Shown here in pieces: positions 12,641 through 34,810 of a DNA stretch of 64,000 nucleotides. The translations under genes were made by a program, and so were the position numbers. The stretch is from Eledone cirrhosa (Eukaryota): assembly GCA_964016885.1 (NCBI GenBank), contig OZ024741.1:58342001-58406000 (forward strand), written 5' to 3'. The notes under the pieces were generated by a model. It searched no databases and was not told the origin of the DNA. It saw nothing but the letters and a program-made list of their open reading frames with translations. Position 1 is the stretch's first letter; each line of letters starts with the position of its first letter.

Positions 12641-13277
12641 CCCTTTAGATTTCTAAAGAATAGTAATTTAAATTAAGTGTAAATAAAAATTGATTTCGCT
12701 TCATTATTATGTATTGAATTTAAATTGTTTTCACACTTTCAATTGAAATTTGGATGTGTGATTTGAAAAGTTTTTAAAAAAATGGAAAGGTAAACAAAAG
12801 TTAATTTCCATCAAAAATCCATTATTTAATGATAATGATATTTTTTTCTTACTTTAATTGCCTTGCATTGATATGTCATAATGGTTTTAATTACAATTGA
12901 CATCGTTTAAGGTTTATATGTTTCTATGTAACATATATTGTAAATTGCGTGGTGTTATATTATGGCTGTTATATTATGGCGTGTGTATCCAGCTATAGTA
13001 TATGGAAGATTACAACACCAGATTTAGTGTCTCAAGAACCACAAAAACCAGTTGGGAAATTGTGAAAGATTTATTCCAATGTAGGTCTCTATAATATTTA
13101 CAATTTAAGTCAATTAACCACTTGTTACCGCATTTCAAATGAAAGACATTCCTATGATGTTCAAATAACTTCAAACATAATCAAGAATTGGGGTGGGGTT
13201 AGTAATATATTTAACTTTCTCTTTACAAATTCAGTGTTTGAAACATAACATAAAGTTTCTTATATAATTATGAAATG

Positions 13278-13530
13278 TTATAACTCTTTTATTACCATAT
13301 TTTTTAATGAAAAACACTGCTAATGATTTTCAAATAATTTTGAAAATAATCAAGAATTTGGTAAAATAACTTTCTCATTATTAAGATGTAGGTTGGAGTA
13401 TAACTTAACAATGGTTCTCACATAAAAATATGATGGAAGGGTTTCAGATAAATATAATAATTTTAAAATAAATAACTTAGTATTGTAGAAATAGGGATAG
13501 TATCAAGCAGTTTGGTATCAGAATGGTCAA
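13278..13530. mobile_element. TTAA-type MITE (3730 family); neighbouring partial copies at ~13114 and ~13572
   Basis: taactcttttattaccatatt ... tttggtatcagaatggtcaa; conserved body 'aattttgaaaataatcaagaatttgg..actttctcattattaag'. Confidence 0.6.
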
Positions 13531-13732
13531 ATAAAACTAATTTTGCCTTGAATAGAATATATTTTATGTATTTAACCCTTCTGATACTAACCTGCTTAAG
13601 TTCTAATATATACAGATGCCCTCTTCCTAATATATAAAACTTTTCATTTTAAAATGTCTATATTTAAATTAAAACTGTCCATCATAGTTTTATCTCGGAT
13701 TTTAAGTTATGCTCTAAACACCGACTTATTAA

Positions 13733-14520
13733 TCATCATAATCTCTGTTTAATGTCTATTTTCCATGCTTGCATGGGTTAGATGGACTGTCATCATGGAG
13801 CTTATATAGGTAGGTAAGCACATCTTGCTTGTAAGATTGGATCATGGCACTAGCAGTGAGGGAGAGAAAGCAATGTGTCATGGGGGAAGAGGGCATCTGT
13901 ATATATTTATAAATATATGTATCATCATTACTGTTTAACATCTATTTTCCCTGCTTTCATGCTTTAGGCAAATTGTAACATTTTAATACTAGGCAGGGCA
14001 GATGACAGTATCTCACGTGTCTCATGGAAGAGAGTTGATGTGCTTGGCTAAGGAAAGTGGGATCAGTGATCTGAGGAGTGAGCAGGTGACATCTTGCTAT
14101 GCCCTGCAGAAAGTGCATCTGTCTTTCTCTGCTGGCATGGCTTTGGTGAGGAAGGAGGAATCCGGGATAGGAATTGAAGACTGGTTGTGTTTTCATCCCA
14201 TCCAGAGAGAGTGCATCTTCTTTGGTACAACATAATTGCCAGTCGACTCGATCTTTTGTTATCTCCTTTGTGAAATTTAACTTCATGAGGTCAACCTTGA
14301 CCATACTACCATTTCAAGTTTTACTGGGCCTACATCTTCCACAGTTTCTATTAACTTTGAGTGCCCTTCACTATTTTTATACAGCTGTCATTCTTTATAG
14401 GCATCAGTTGTCCAAATCAGTGCAGTCTTCTCATGTATACTACAACTAATCCTTATGCTCATCTTTTCTCTCAGTTCATTGATACTTCAGTTCTCTTGTA
14501 CACTAATATTTTACATATAC
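13733..14520 (-). mobile_element. Cluster of degenerate RTE 3' ends (tails at ~13735 and ~13921; C-terminal ORF2 remnant ~14200-14520)
   Basis: atcatcat..gtttaatgtctattttccatgcttgcatgggttag tail; minus peptide MVKVDLMKLNFTKEITKDRVDW resembles LINSDLTRLHLSKTISLDRDLW of copy 1. Confidence 0.65.
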
Positions 14521-15878
14521 ATTCTTGTCTCATTTTACTAAATCTCTTCAAAATATTTTATTTTCAAAGTTAATCAAAACACAAAGGTAGTATATTTATT
14601 GAAAATCTGTTCATGTTATGCTCCAAACACCAGCTTATCAACAATAGCGTTAATTTACTAAATCTCTCGCACACATCTCTCTTTAAATGTGTGTGTGTTT
14701 GTGCCTGAATCCATACTTAAGTTTCAATATGTACAATGTGTGTATGTATCATGTAAGGGGTGTCTTTTGTAAGATATTGATCATATGATAATTATAGATT
14801 ATATTCAAGTGATGATAGGTTTCAGATGAACTATCAGAATTTCTTAACTCTGTGTGTGTGTGTATTTATGTATGTATCTATGTATGTTTATATGTATATA
14901 GTTATAGTTATATGTATGTACAGTTATATGTAGTTATGTTTGTATCTTTATAATAAAACTCAAGTATCTGGGACATCCACTTTGTGGTAGATTTGTTTAG
15001 GATATGGTAATTTGGTATCTTCCTCCTTTTTTCTTTCTTTCTCCCTCTCTCTCTTTGTTGATAAGCAGGTCAGTGGTTAGCAGTTGCTATTTATTATCTT
15101 CAGACAATAAAAACATCTATCATCTGTCTATTTATCTAACTGTCTATCTGTCTATCTCTATTTATCTGTCTATTTACTCACTATCTTTCTGTCTGACTGT
15201 CAATCTATAATTTATCTATGTATATTTACCAGTGTATCTATTTTTGGTTGAGAACAAAGCACAAATCCCAATAGCAGTCTGAAGATAGATAGCTTCTAGA
15301 TAAGGTACCTTAATTTACTGCACATGTGTGTGTGTGATAATGAATGAAATAAATATGGAAGAAAATTATTGTAATTGAGTTAAATAAATGTAAAATTAAA
15401 TACAGCGATTGCCAGCGTGATGGGGGAGAAGGTCAATGGAATTAAGGATTTATTAAATTAAATGTTTTTTTTACTATAAATCCTGTCATTTTGGTAGGTA
15501 CTGTGGTAGTATGGTATAAGGATATACATGTGTGTGTATCTATATAAGTGTGTGTGTGTATAAACATACACTTTTAGTTTCTATACTAATTGAAATTTTA
15601 ATCAATAAACAGTTTTTGTTCGTCATTAGTAGATCTTCAATTGAACTAAACAATGATTTCTTAGGCAGCATTTGTCTTCTTTCATAATTACAATATTGGT
15701 TAATACTTAATGAACATTACCTAATGTTCTCTTATATTTTAGATTTTAATTGTTTAGTTTTCATGTGTTAATCTCCCATTGTTTCTAATGCCTACATAAA
15801 TGAGCAAGACAAAATCATTTCACTGCTATTCAACATTTGATAATTCTATTTCATTGAAACTCATCTATTATTCTTAGC

Positions 15879-16076
15879 TTTAACCCATTTCATTACCATA
15901 TTTCTAATGAAAGCCACTGCCTATAATTTTGAAAATAATCAGGAATTTGGTGGATTTAGTGAGAATAACTCATTATTAAGCTGGTATTTGGACCATAAGA
16001 TTTTTAGATAAAATTATGATGGAAGATTTTAGATAGATATGAGCATTAAGGCAGTTTGGTAGTAAAGGAGTTTAAT
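15879..16076. mobile_element. TTAA-type MITE
   Basis: ttaacccatttcattaccatatt ... tttggtagtaaaggagtttaa. Confidence 0.65.
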
Positions 16077-17069
16077 TCAACCTGAAATTATTCCTGTCTA
16101 CATCAAATTAGTTGAAATGTTTCTCCTTTTCTTTGTATGTACTTCAACATTTATTCATTTAGTTTTTTTATTGTCTCATCATTGAGTCAATGTTTAGGGG
16201 TATGGTGCACCTATTTTAAATTGACTAGTTTGGTAGATGAGTTTAGTATTATTTCAGTGAGAGGGAGACAATTGGAATGAGATGGGTGTCATGTGTTGAG
16301 AAAGGATGAAACCGACAAGTGAGAGGAGTGATAAAAACGAATCTGGAGGGAGGTAGAGGAAGACTAGGGTAGTGTAGAAAATGAAAGCGAGGGTGTTAGT
16401 TGGGATCAATGTTGATATTGTATTGTTTCTTATTGTTTAGGAAAATGGACCTAGCAAAATTATTTCACTGCTATTCATTGCTTGAAAATTCTATTTCATT
16501 CAAACTATTTAGAGGTTGCTACCACTTTACAGATTATATATATTCCTGCTCAATATAACAAAGGTAATAGAAATAGTTGAATTACCAATGTTTATTTGGA
16601 AGTCAAATCAAGCAAGCAATTATTGCCACCTATAACTATTTTGTACATTTTGCAGATAAGATCACATAAATTTAAAAAAAATCTAAAATGTTTCAGTTGA
16701 AAGTCTACTCGTAGCCTTTCATTTAAATGCATTTATAATTAAATAAAAAATAAAAAAATAAAACAAATTATCAAGTTGAATATTCTGTGTATGTAAATGA
16801 AAATAAGTTCAATAAATGAGAAATATTCCTGCTAAGTTGTGAAATTATTTCTCGGTGTAGATAGTAATTTATAATTACATTCTTTGAGATATGTAATTTT
16901 TTTTAGTTCACAACTAGCTTAAAATTTAATATGTAAACATAACTTTAGAATGTATTAATTTTTGTAATTTACCAATTTAATTACATATTCCAAGTGATGA
17001 TATCAGATTTGATAGCAAATGTGTTTTTCTTATTTTAATGCCATTAATAATATATACTGTGCCTGAAGT

Positions 17070-17352
17070 GGCCACAGATGTGGCTTTGTGGTTAAGAAGT
17101 TTGCTCCACAATCACATTGATCCAGGTTCAATCTCACTCTGCAACAGCTTACATAAGTGTCTTCTAGCATAAAAATATAGTAACAAAAGGGTTAAATTGA
17201 TTATGTTAGTAAAGCCATCTATCATTATTTGTAATTTTATGTTCAAAACACTAACTTAATATTGAAAACGTTTATATTATTAAATACCTCCAAATTCTTA
17301 ATAACTTTCAAATTTGAAAACCCTAGGCAATGAATGGTAATGAAAGGGTTAA
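17070..17352. mobile_element. Family A SINE head (+, ~17070-17170) adjoining MITE ends (..aaagggttaa at ~17195 and ~17352)
   Basis: tgtggctttgtggttaagaagtttgct..aggttcaatct; atggtaatgaaagggttaa is the reverse of the MITE left terminus. Confidence 0.6.
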
Positions 17353-18159
17353 ACATGCTGTAGAATGTTAGATTATAAATTTGCTGTATTTTAGTTTTAT
17401 ATATTCTGAAATAAGAGATTGTTTACTGAGCTGCTGAGCAGCCATCATTTGATGTTTAATTTTGATGGGTCGAGAAGCATGTAGTAATAATCTCTTAATT
17501 TGTGTACTTGCCAGATTAATAGTATTAGTGCTCTGGTTGTTAGAAATAATCCAGACTTTGAATATATATTTTTTAAATGTTATGCATCTGTATTGATTTA
17601 GTAAATCAATAATTAGTGTGATTAAACTTGTACTTTATATAGCTCCATTAATAATAATATAATGCTCAAAATTTTATAATCTGATTTTCTTTTTTTCGGG
17701 GCGGAGTGAATTGGGTGGGTTAGAGGACAAGGTTTATTTGTCTTCTAATTTGTTGCCAATATGTATATTGGGAAATTCATTGAAGAATTGTGTTAGTGTA
17801 GTTTGTACAATATTTGTCATTAATTCTATACGACAGTTCTTCAATAATTATTACAAAAAATATATAGCTCTTGTTATAGGAATTGAACAGACATTTCAGA
17901 AAGGAAAATAATTTGTCACATATTTTTCTTTTTTATATGGAACTTTATTTTGGTAGAGATGCTTGCTATATATTTGAATTCTTTTACTGGTTTCAGTGAT
18001 TAGACTGTGGCCATGCTGGGGCACTGCATTAAAAGGGTTTAGTAATCATATTGACTAGTACTGCAAGTCTGGTACATATTTTATTAATCCCTTTTTCTAG
18101 AACCAGTATGTTAGAGTACATTAACACCCCCCTCCCTCTCTATGTATATATAAAGATCA

Positions 18160-18790
18160 TTTTTACATGAGCTTCTTTATTCTGGCATGTGTTACAAGGG
18201 GCTTTTACAAAGTTTCTTCTCACCCACTTATTCCTGAGAGGGTTATGGGGACACTCTTCAAGCATGCCTTCCAACAGGTCTTGTCAGAAGCAACCATCTC
18301 CAACTGATTCAGCTGGATACCCAAGTGAGACCAGCCGAGTCCATGGATATAGTTGAGCTATTTTGCTCAGTCTACCTCTGGGTCTCCTGTTGCTGGTTTG
18401 CCTGTAAATCTGTCCAGCAATACTTTTCTTAGACATTCTAACCACATGTCCATAGTATTAGAGCTGTGATCTCTCAATTCAGAGAAGTAGCAGCTCTACC
18501 TGAAGCGACTCTCTGATCTCTGAGCTACACACTCTATTGACTAACAGTGCTCCAATAATCCTTCAGATGATTTACATTGCAGCCGGTAGCATCTAGCCTC
18601 CTCCACTAGTTCCTGCTCCTTAACTGTAAAGGTTGTTAGGTTGCAGTTACCAATTGTCAAGATTTGCTCCTGTCCGGATACTCTTTGGAATCTCAGGATA
18701 CGTAACTTTTGCATGTCCATTCTATGCCTCGCAGAACTGGTCACAGTTCTTGCAGCACTGGATGGAGACTGCAATATACTTTTAGTACAT
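18160..18790 (-). mobile_element. Bipartite (internally deleted) RTE-clade element, Rex3/Expander-like
   Basis: Minus strand gives the APE N-terminus LTIGNCNLTTFTVKEQELVEEARCYRL closely followed by C-terminal NRVCSSEIRESLQVELLLL*IERSQL*YYGHVVRMS..RRPRGR; the RT is absent. Confidence 0.7.
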
Positions 18791-19939
18791 GCCCCTTTAT
18801 AGAGTCTCTGTCTATTAAGTTTTATCAGTTGAGACTATGGCAAACATTGACTCAAGATAGTAGTGTGATTAGACCTGAGTTTATTGATATTGATTGCATG
18901 TTTCTTAATCATGCCGTGTTTGTTTTATTTCCATAAATCCCTTTCTATTAAAGCTGTTGTATATTTCATGTAAAACGTCCTGTCACAAAAATCCAAATCC
19001 TGCCAAAGTAGCTAATTAGCAAATTATGTTTAGAAGGTGCAGTTTTGAAATTCTCCTGATTGGAGAATATATTTATGAAGTGTTAATATTTTAGTATTTA
19101 AAATAATTTAAGTCTTTTAGAGTATAGTTTTTGTTTCACAATTACACTACATAATGATTTTTTACCAATTTCCAACTGTTTTATAAAGTTTCAAGAAGAT
19201 TCTTGAGTTTTTGTTTATCTTCCAGCCACTCACATGCTAGTAGTATTTGAAAGCAAGAGATCGAATATGAGAACATTGTAGCAAGAGGGATTTATAGAGT
19301 AGAAGGAGGGAGAGAGTAAGAGTAATAATAAATATAATACAAGTCAGAAGTAAGATTTCAATCTTACATGTGATTGAAAGAAAAAGTCTAATTACGTCAG
19401 AGAAAATGTAAGCATGTGTGTGTGTTTCATTGTAAAATAACCACCCCAGATATTTTAGCACCTTATTTACGTAGAATTTAAAGATGGTGAAAATCAGCAA
19501 AATATTGACCTCAAATACAAGCCAACAAGCATTTTACCATCGATTTTTATTTTTATTTTTTATTTATTTATTTATTTATTTATTTTTTTTTTTTTTTTAA
19601 ATCTTATTTCTCATCACATTTAAAATGATTTGGGTTGTTGTTTCTAATTAAACCATGGAATTTCCCCAGGGTCAACTAGTTTGTATATATTTCGTTAACC
19701 AAGACAAGCATTTCAGTTCTTTATGTTTATGGTTGTTAGCATATGTTACAGTGCAAAATACTGTTGGATAAGATTTGATTGTATGGTACTTACAACTTTT
19801 CAAAATATGCTAGCATTATCGATTCAGATTATCTTGGGTGTTAGGAAAATAACAAATAAAATGAAATTGGGCTATTTGAAATCTTTTTATTTGCATTAAC
19901 TGGTTCAAAATATGAACTACATATGAACATTTGTGCGTG

Positions 19940-19953
19940 CATATATATATATG

Positions 19954-19998
<45 letters not shown>

Positions 19999-20040
19999 AT
20001 ATATATATATATACACATATACATACACATGTGTGTATGT
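19940..20040. repeat. (TA)n/(CA)n microsatellite
   Basis: Direct reading. Confidence 0.9.
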
Positions 20041-20230
20041 AATCTTTTCTACTTAGTGGAAAACTTTTATATGAAGCCTTGAAAAAACTTTTGAATGCAC
20101 ATATAAATCTTTTACACACACAAAATTAATTTGCCAATAGGTATAAAAACACTAACTTATTCTATTATTCTAAAAACAGAATTTCTTACTTACTGAAGTA
20201 GTTTCTAACTATATATATATATAATATATA

Positions 20231-20237
20231 CACGCGC

Positions 20238-20294
<57 letters not shown>

Positions 20295-20302
20295 CGTGTG
20301 TG
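20231..20302. repeat. (CACG)n microsatellite
   Basis: cacgcgcgcg followed by about 14 cacg units. Confidence 0.95.
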
Positions 20303-20859
20303 TATGAACGAATAAAATACTGTCTAAGTTGGAAAAAGATAGACAAGTGGAAAAAGAAAAGCAAAAAAAAAAGATTTCTGCTGGCGGCAATTATTATTTC
20401 GGAGTTATGGATAGATAAAGTATTACTGACATCACATCTATTGAGAGAAATGTTAGTGCTCTGTAAATTGTGATTTCAAGAAAAACTAAGACAATAACTC
20501 TAAAATGTGTTGGGATAATATAGATTAGATTGTATGTGGAATTACTGGGGATATGGGGGTAAGTGGTTGATCTGGTTTGCTAAGCACATGGCTTATGTCA
20601 TCCTTATTTTTTTTGCTTGAAACATCACAGCATTTCTTTGTTTGTTGTTTTTTAAATATTTTTGTTCTTTTTATATTTTCTGCTATTTCACAACACTATT
20701 TTCTTCCTTAATTGCCCCAAGATACTTGTTTCACTTAAGAAATGTTTGTAATACTGTTTCAATTTCTTTCCATTGTTACTGAATGAAAGTGGAGCCACAT
20801 AATTAAAGTTCATTTCCCCAAAAATATTTTATTTCTTTGAATTTGGTACATAGAAACTG

Positions 20860-21140
20860 TAGGAAGCCTGCCATACTTTGTTGGTGCCACATCAAAAGAA
20901 CAATCAGTCCACTCTGTTAAGTAGTCATGCAGGTGTCATGGCAAAAAAAACACTGTCCATGCTGTAAGGTGGTTGTAGCTCCCAGTATATATTGAAATGT
21001 GGTTGACATTAGCAAGGCATTCAGTCATAGAAAACCATGCCAGAAATTGATCGTATGAGCCAGGCATGAGCACCTAACTTCTCTAGCCTCATAACATGAT
21101 AGCTCATCTAACCCATACAAGCATGGAAAATGGATGTTAT
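20860..21140 (+). mobile_element. Non-autonomous element with RTE-type 3' tail
   Basis: gtggttgacattagcaaggcattcag..agaaaacc..aacccatacaagcatggaaaatggatgtta. Confidence 0.65.
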
Positions 21141-21369
21141 ATTTCAATGTATGTATCCACATATACATATTATATTACTGATCTTGCTACACTAAGTTTC
21201 ACAATTACTTATAAAAACAAGGAGTAATCTAAGTAGTGTATTGAAAATATACAATATGCTCTATTTTGGCATTGAGCATTTTATTGACCCCAGTACTTTA
21301 TTTTTCAAGTCTATGTCCCACAACTTGGCAGTTCAATAAACGTAAACAGGTGCACATAAAAACACTGCT

Positions 21370-21502
21370 GTTTCTATCTTTCAAATTCCACTCACAAGAC
21401 ATTGGTCAACCTGAAGCTATAATAGAGAAGTGTGCCAGGCAGTAGGGTTGAACCCAGAGCATATATTTGCAAAGTGAATTCTTTAACCCCACAGCTATGC
21501 CT
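21370..21502 (-). mobile_element. tRNA-derived SINE (family A)
   Basis: caaattccactcacaagacattggtcaacc..gggttgaaccc..cacagctatgcc. Confidence 0.7.
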
Positions 21503-21941
21503 TCATAAATAATTTGCTCATTAAACTTCCAAATTTAGATTTAAGCTATCTACTTTGATCCAAAAGAAAGTCATATTCACAGCACCAATTCGGCAGAATT
21601 TTATACTCAAATTTTGAAAAATATTTTGAGAATTAATTGATACATTTTTGTTACTACCAATAAAGCTATATAACTTTACTCGCAGTTTGAGGGAAATCTA
21701 ATTAAAACTTATTAGCTTTTTATTTTTACTTATATAATTTCTATGGGATTGCTTAAAGGAATTTTTTGATTGGTGGTTCGTTTGTTCTTCAGATACATCA
21801 AAACTTTACATAAACAATAAAAATATTGTTTAAAATTATTTTCAATATATCTTATTTTCCACTTTTGGAAATGGTAGTAACCAATTATTTTGTGATATTT
21901 GTAGCCAAAAGGTGTTAGCAGGGAAAATAATGTTAAATGGT

Positions 21942-22087
21942 TGTGTGTGTGTGTGTGTGTGTGCATATGTATATATATATATATGTGTGCATATGTGTAT
22001 ATATATATATATATATATATGTGTGCATATGTATATATATGTGTGCATATGTATATATATATATGTGTGCATATGTATATATATATA

Positions 22088-22118
<31 letters not shown>

Positions 22119-22401
22119 GTGCATATGTATATATATATATATATGTGTGCATATGTATATATATATATATATGTGTGCATATATATATATATATGTGCGT
22201 GTATATGTATATATATGTGTGTGTGTATATGTATATATATGTGTGTGTGTATATGTATATATGTGTGTGTATATGTATATGTGTGTATATGTATATGTGT
22301 GTACATGTGTGTGGGTGTGTATATGTACATGTGTGTGTAGATATGTATGTGTGTGTAGATATGTATGTATGTATGTATATATATGTATATATGTATGTAT
22401 G

Positions 22402-22434
<33 letters not shown>

Positions 22435-22495
22435 ATATATAATATGTATGTATATGTATATGTATGTATATGTATGTATATGTATATATATGTAT

Positions 22496-22527
<32 letters not shown>

Positions 22528-22636
22528 GTATGTATATATATGTGTGTATGTATGTGTATGTATATATATGTATGTGTATGTATATATATGTATGTATATG
22601 TATATATATATATGTATGTATATGTATATATATGTA
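21942..22636. repeat. ~0.7-kb compound (TG)/(TA)/(TATG) microsatellite
   Basis: Direct reading; G far exceeds C on the + strand. Confidence 0.97.
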
Positions 22637-24549
22637 TCATCATCATCATCATCATCATCGTTTAATGTCCGTGTTCCACGCTTGCATGGGTTTGGACGGG
22701 GGTAGTCCCACTTGAGGCAAGAGTGATTGTCTTGCTCGCATAGGACTGTCTGGCAGGTTTTCTACAGTTGGATGCCCTTCCTAACACCAACCACATTTAC
22801 AGTGTGGGTCTGGGAGGTTTTTACCGTGTTGCCTACACGGCCACATTACAGCGTGCACTGTGTTTTTTTGTCGTGACACCTACACGATCTCATTTGTTTC
22901 GGCCTGGATGGTGTGGCACCAACATAACTTTACATAGAACGGGGTGGTGTGGATGGGGTGGGGTGGTGGGACGGGGTGTATTTTGTTAGAGATGCCTACT
23001 GGCTGTAGTAGGTTTTACTATGTATTTAGGTAAGGCGGGTCTTCTCTGTTACTGAGTACCGCCAAAGGTCTCGGTCCAGTGACATTGTCTTGGAGAGGTA
23101 TAAGTGTGTGAGGTCGGAGTTTATCAGCTCGTCCCAGGTTTTTCTAGGTCTGCCTATTCCGTGGCTACCGTCTATCCTTATTGCCCTGCACTTTGTTATA
23201 CAGCTATCGACTTTCATGCGCATCACGTGTCCATACCAACGTAGCCTTCTCTCGAGTAAACATCTGATCCCTATTATTTCTAATTTTTTCCTTAGTTCGT
23301 TTATGCTTTGCCGTTCACGTATATTACTGTTACACATCCAGTGGAGCATGCAAACTTCGTTCCTCTCTAGTCTGCGTATATCCTCTGCACACAATGCCCA
23401 GGTCTCACTGCCATGCAACATTGCTGTTCGGATGCAGGCATCGTACAACCTGCCTTTCATTTTTAGGGAGAACCCTTTAGCAGCTAATAGTGGTATAAGC
23501 TCTCTGAACTTTTTCCAACCAGTTCTGACTCTAGCTACTGTACTTTCAGAGCACCCTCCCCCACTGCTGATTTTATCACCCAGGTAACGGAAGCTGTCCA
23601 CTATTTCTATAGAACCCTCTGCGCAATTGAAAGAGCTAGCATTTGTGGGCACTTGCTGCTACTTATTGCACCAGAGCACCGGCCACATGTAAAATCTATG
23701 TTCTTAGTTAGCTTACCTGTGATCCCACTACATCTTTTATGCACCCATACTTTGCATTTAGGACATAAAATGGAGTTTCTACCTACGCCTTTCCTACACA
23801 CCGAGCACGACCATTTCCCAGAAGGGACCGCCGCCTTATTTTCTTTCCTACAAACTAGAACTTTAGTCTTAGCCAGGTTAATTTTAAGTCCTTTTGATTC
23901 TAGACCGTGCTTCCATGTTTGGAATTTCTTCTCTAGCTCGGCCATTGATTCCGCTATGAGTGTCCGGTCATCTGCGTATAGGAGTTCCCATGGGCAGCCG
24001 GTCTTGAACTCCTCTGTTATAGCCTGAAGGGCAATAATAAATAGTAGGGGGCTGAGAACAGAGCCCTGATGGACGCCAACTTTTACGCTAAACTCTTCAC
24101 TATATTCGTTGTTAATTCTAACCTTGCTGACTGTTTCTTTATACATGGCTTGTATAGCCCTCACAAGCCATTCGTCAACGCCTAGTTTTCTAAGAGCCCA
24201 CCAGATAATGGAGCGGGGGACTCTGTCGAAGGCTTTCTCCAAGTCGACAAAAGCTAAGTAGAGGGGTTTACCTTTAGCTAGGTACTTCTCCTGTAGTTGT
24301 CGTACAATGAAAAGAGCGTCTGTGGTACTTTTGCCTGACACAAACCCGAACTGCATTTCATCTAGATCAATTCTCTCTCTGATTAGTTGTGCTATTACTT
24401 TTTCCGTGACCTTCATGACCTGGTCGATTAGTTTAATGTCTCTATAGTTACTCCTATCTAGGGCGTCTCCTTTACCCTTATAACAGTTAACGATGATGCT
24501 GCTATGCCAGTCCTTCGGAACAACCCCATTCTGTACGACTTGGTTAACT
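22637..24549 (-). mobile_element. RTE LINE copy 2 (5'-truncated, one frameshift)
   Basis: ORFs 23607..24416 and 23026..23652 are near-identical to copy 1 protein; 1-nt deletion at CPQN (cacaaaatact vs cacaaatgct); (CAT)n tail at 22637-22659. Confidence 0.95.
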
Positions 24550-33849
<9,300 letters not shown>

Positions 33850-34454
33850 TCAGGTCACCAGTTGGTGCTACTGGTAACATGTATCCCAGTACAACCTGTC
33901 CCATGGTCTGTTCGTTGGTGACTAAACTGGCAACCCCACCAATGTTTCTTGGTGAGGAGGGTGACTTTGGACATCCTGCAGGACTAAAAACAAAACCTGT
34001 CAAAGGGCAAAGGAGCTCTTAAGAGTCAATGGCCATCCAAAATCACCGGGAGAGATGACCCCTTAGCCTTTGTCAAGGCAGAATTCTAGGAGAAGGAAAA
34101 CTCTGATATAACACCTGCAACCCTGATGGTTTCCAATGATGTTGACTTGTTCTTCTTTTTGGTAAATATCATATTGGTTAAGAGAGTGGGACTGGCTTTG
34201 TGCAGTGCCTTTGCTCACTATAAAAGCTTCACAGCGCAGGCATTGCTTTATATCTGGAGATCTCTGCACTTGTCGTCACATGGTACCATGGGCCCAGCAC
34301 TATGTGTCAATAATTGTCACAAGTGTAGTGTCTGTACCAGAGCTTTCAAGTTGCTGGCTGGACTAAAAAGTCACACTCGTTCAGCGCATCGGTAGGGGTT
34401 CTCCTACATGGATATAAAGTAGTGGCTGTACTCGAAAACGAGTTGGCAGCCACC
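33850..34454 (+). mobile_element. Bipartite RTE-derived non-autonomous element (5'UTR-like part joined to a 3' end with C2H2-like finger and terminal hairpin)
   Basis: ctaggagaaggaaaactctgat at ~34085-34107 (recalled as an RTE 5' motif); [25 protein letters not shown] like RTE/BovB-type ORF2 C-termini; hairpin GTGGCTG-t-ACTCG-aaaa-CGAGT-tgg-CAGCCAC at 34422-34453. Confidence 0.6.
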
Positions 34455-34457
34455 ATG

Positions 34458-34492
<35 letters not shown>

Positions 34493-34577
34493 GTATATGT
34501 GTGTATATATGTGTATATATATATATGTATATATGTGTATATATATATATGTATATATGTGTATATATATATATGTA

Positions 34578-34662
<85 letters not shown>

Positions 34663-34712
34663 GTGTGTGTATATATATATGTATATGTATATATATATAT
34701 ATGTGTGTATAT
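34455..34712. repeat. ~260-bp (TA)/(TG) microsatellite between two 3' ends
   Basis: Direct reading. Confidence 0.95.
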
Positions 34713-34810
34713 ATAACTTTGAATAACTTTGAATAACTTTGAAATGTTTTGGCCAGTATTGGCCCAGGCCATGTCTAACTTAATAGCACCACCTGGCGAA
34801 GTCTTTCAAT

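Noticed and set aside
15810-16505. Similar ~55-bp segments at ~15810 and ~16455 (aaaatYatttcactgctattca..aattctatttcattSaaac)
   Set aside because: Short, AT-rich and diverged; probably an old local duplication with no further signal.
33850-33935. HDV-like ribozyme call
   Set aside because: A P1-like helix with a G-U pair exists, but P3 is not adjacent to the P1 3' strand and no GG for P1.1 follows; kept only as an unclassified structure.
34126-34395. Host C2H2 zinc-finger gene
   Set aside because: A single finger directly before a stop and a retroelement-type terminal hairpin, inside the LINE nest; better explained as an RTE ORF2 C-terminus.
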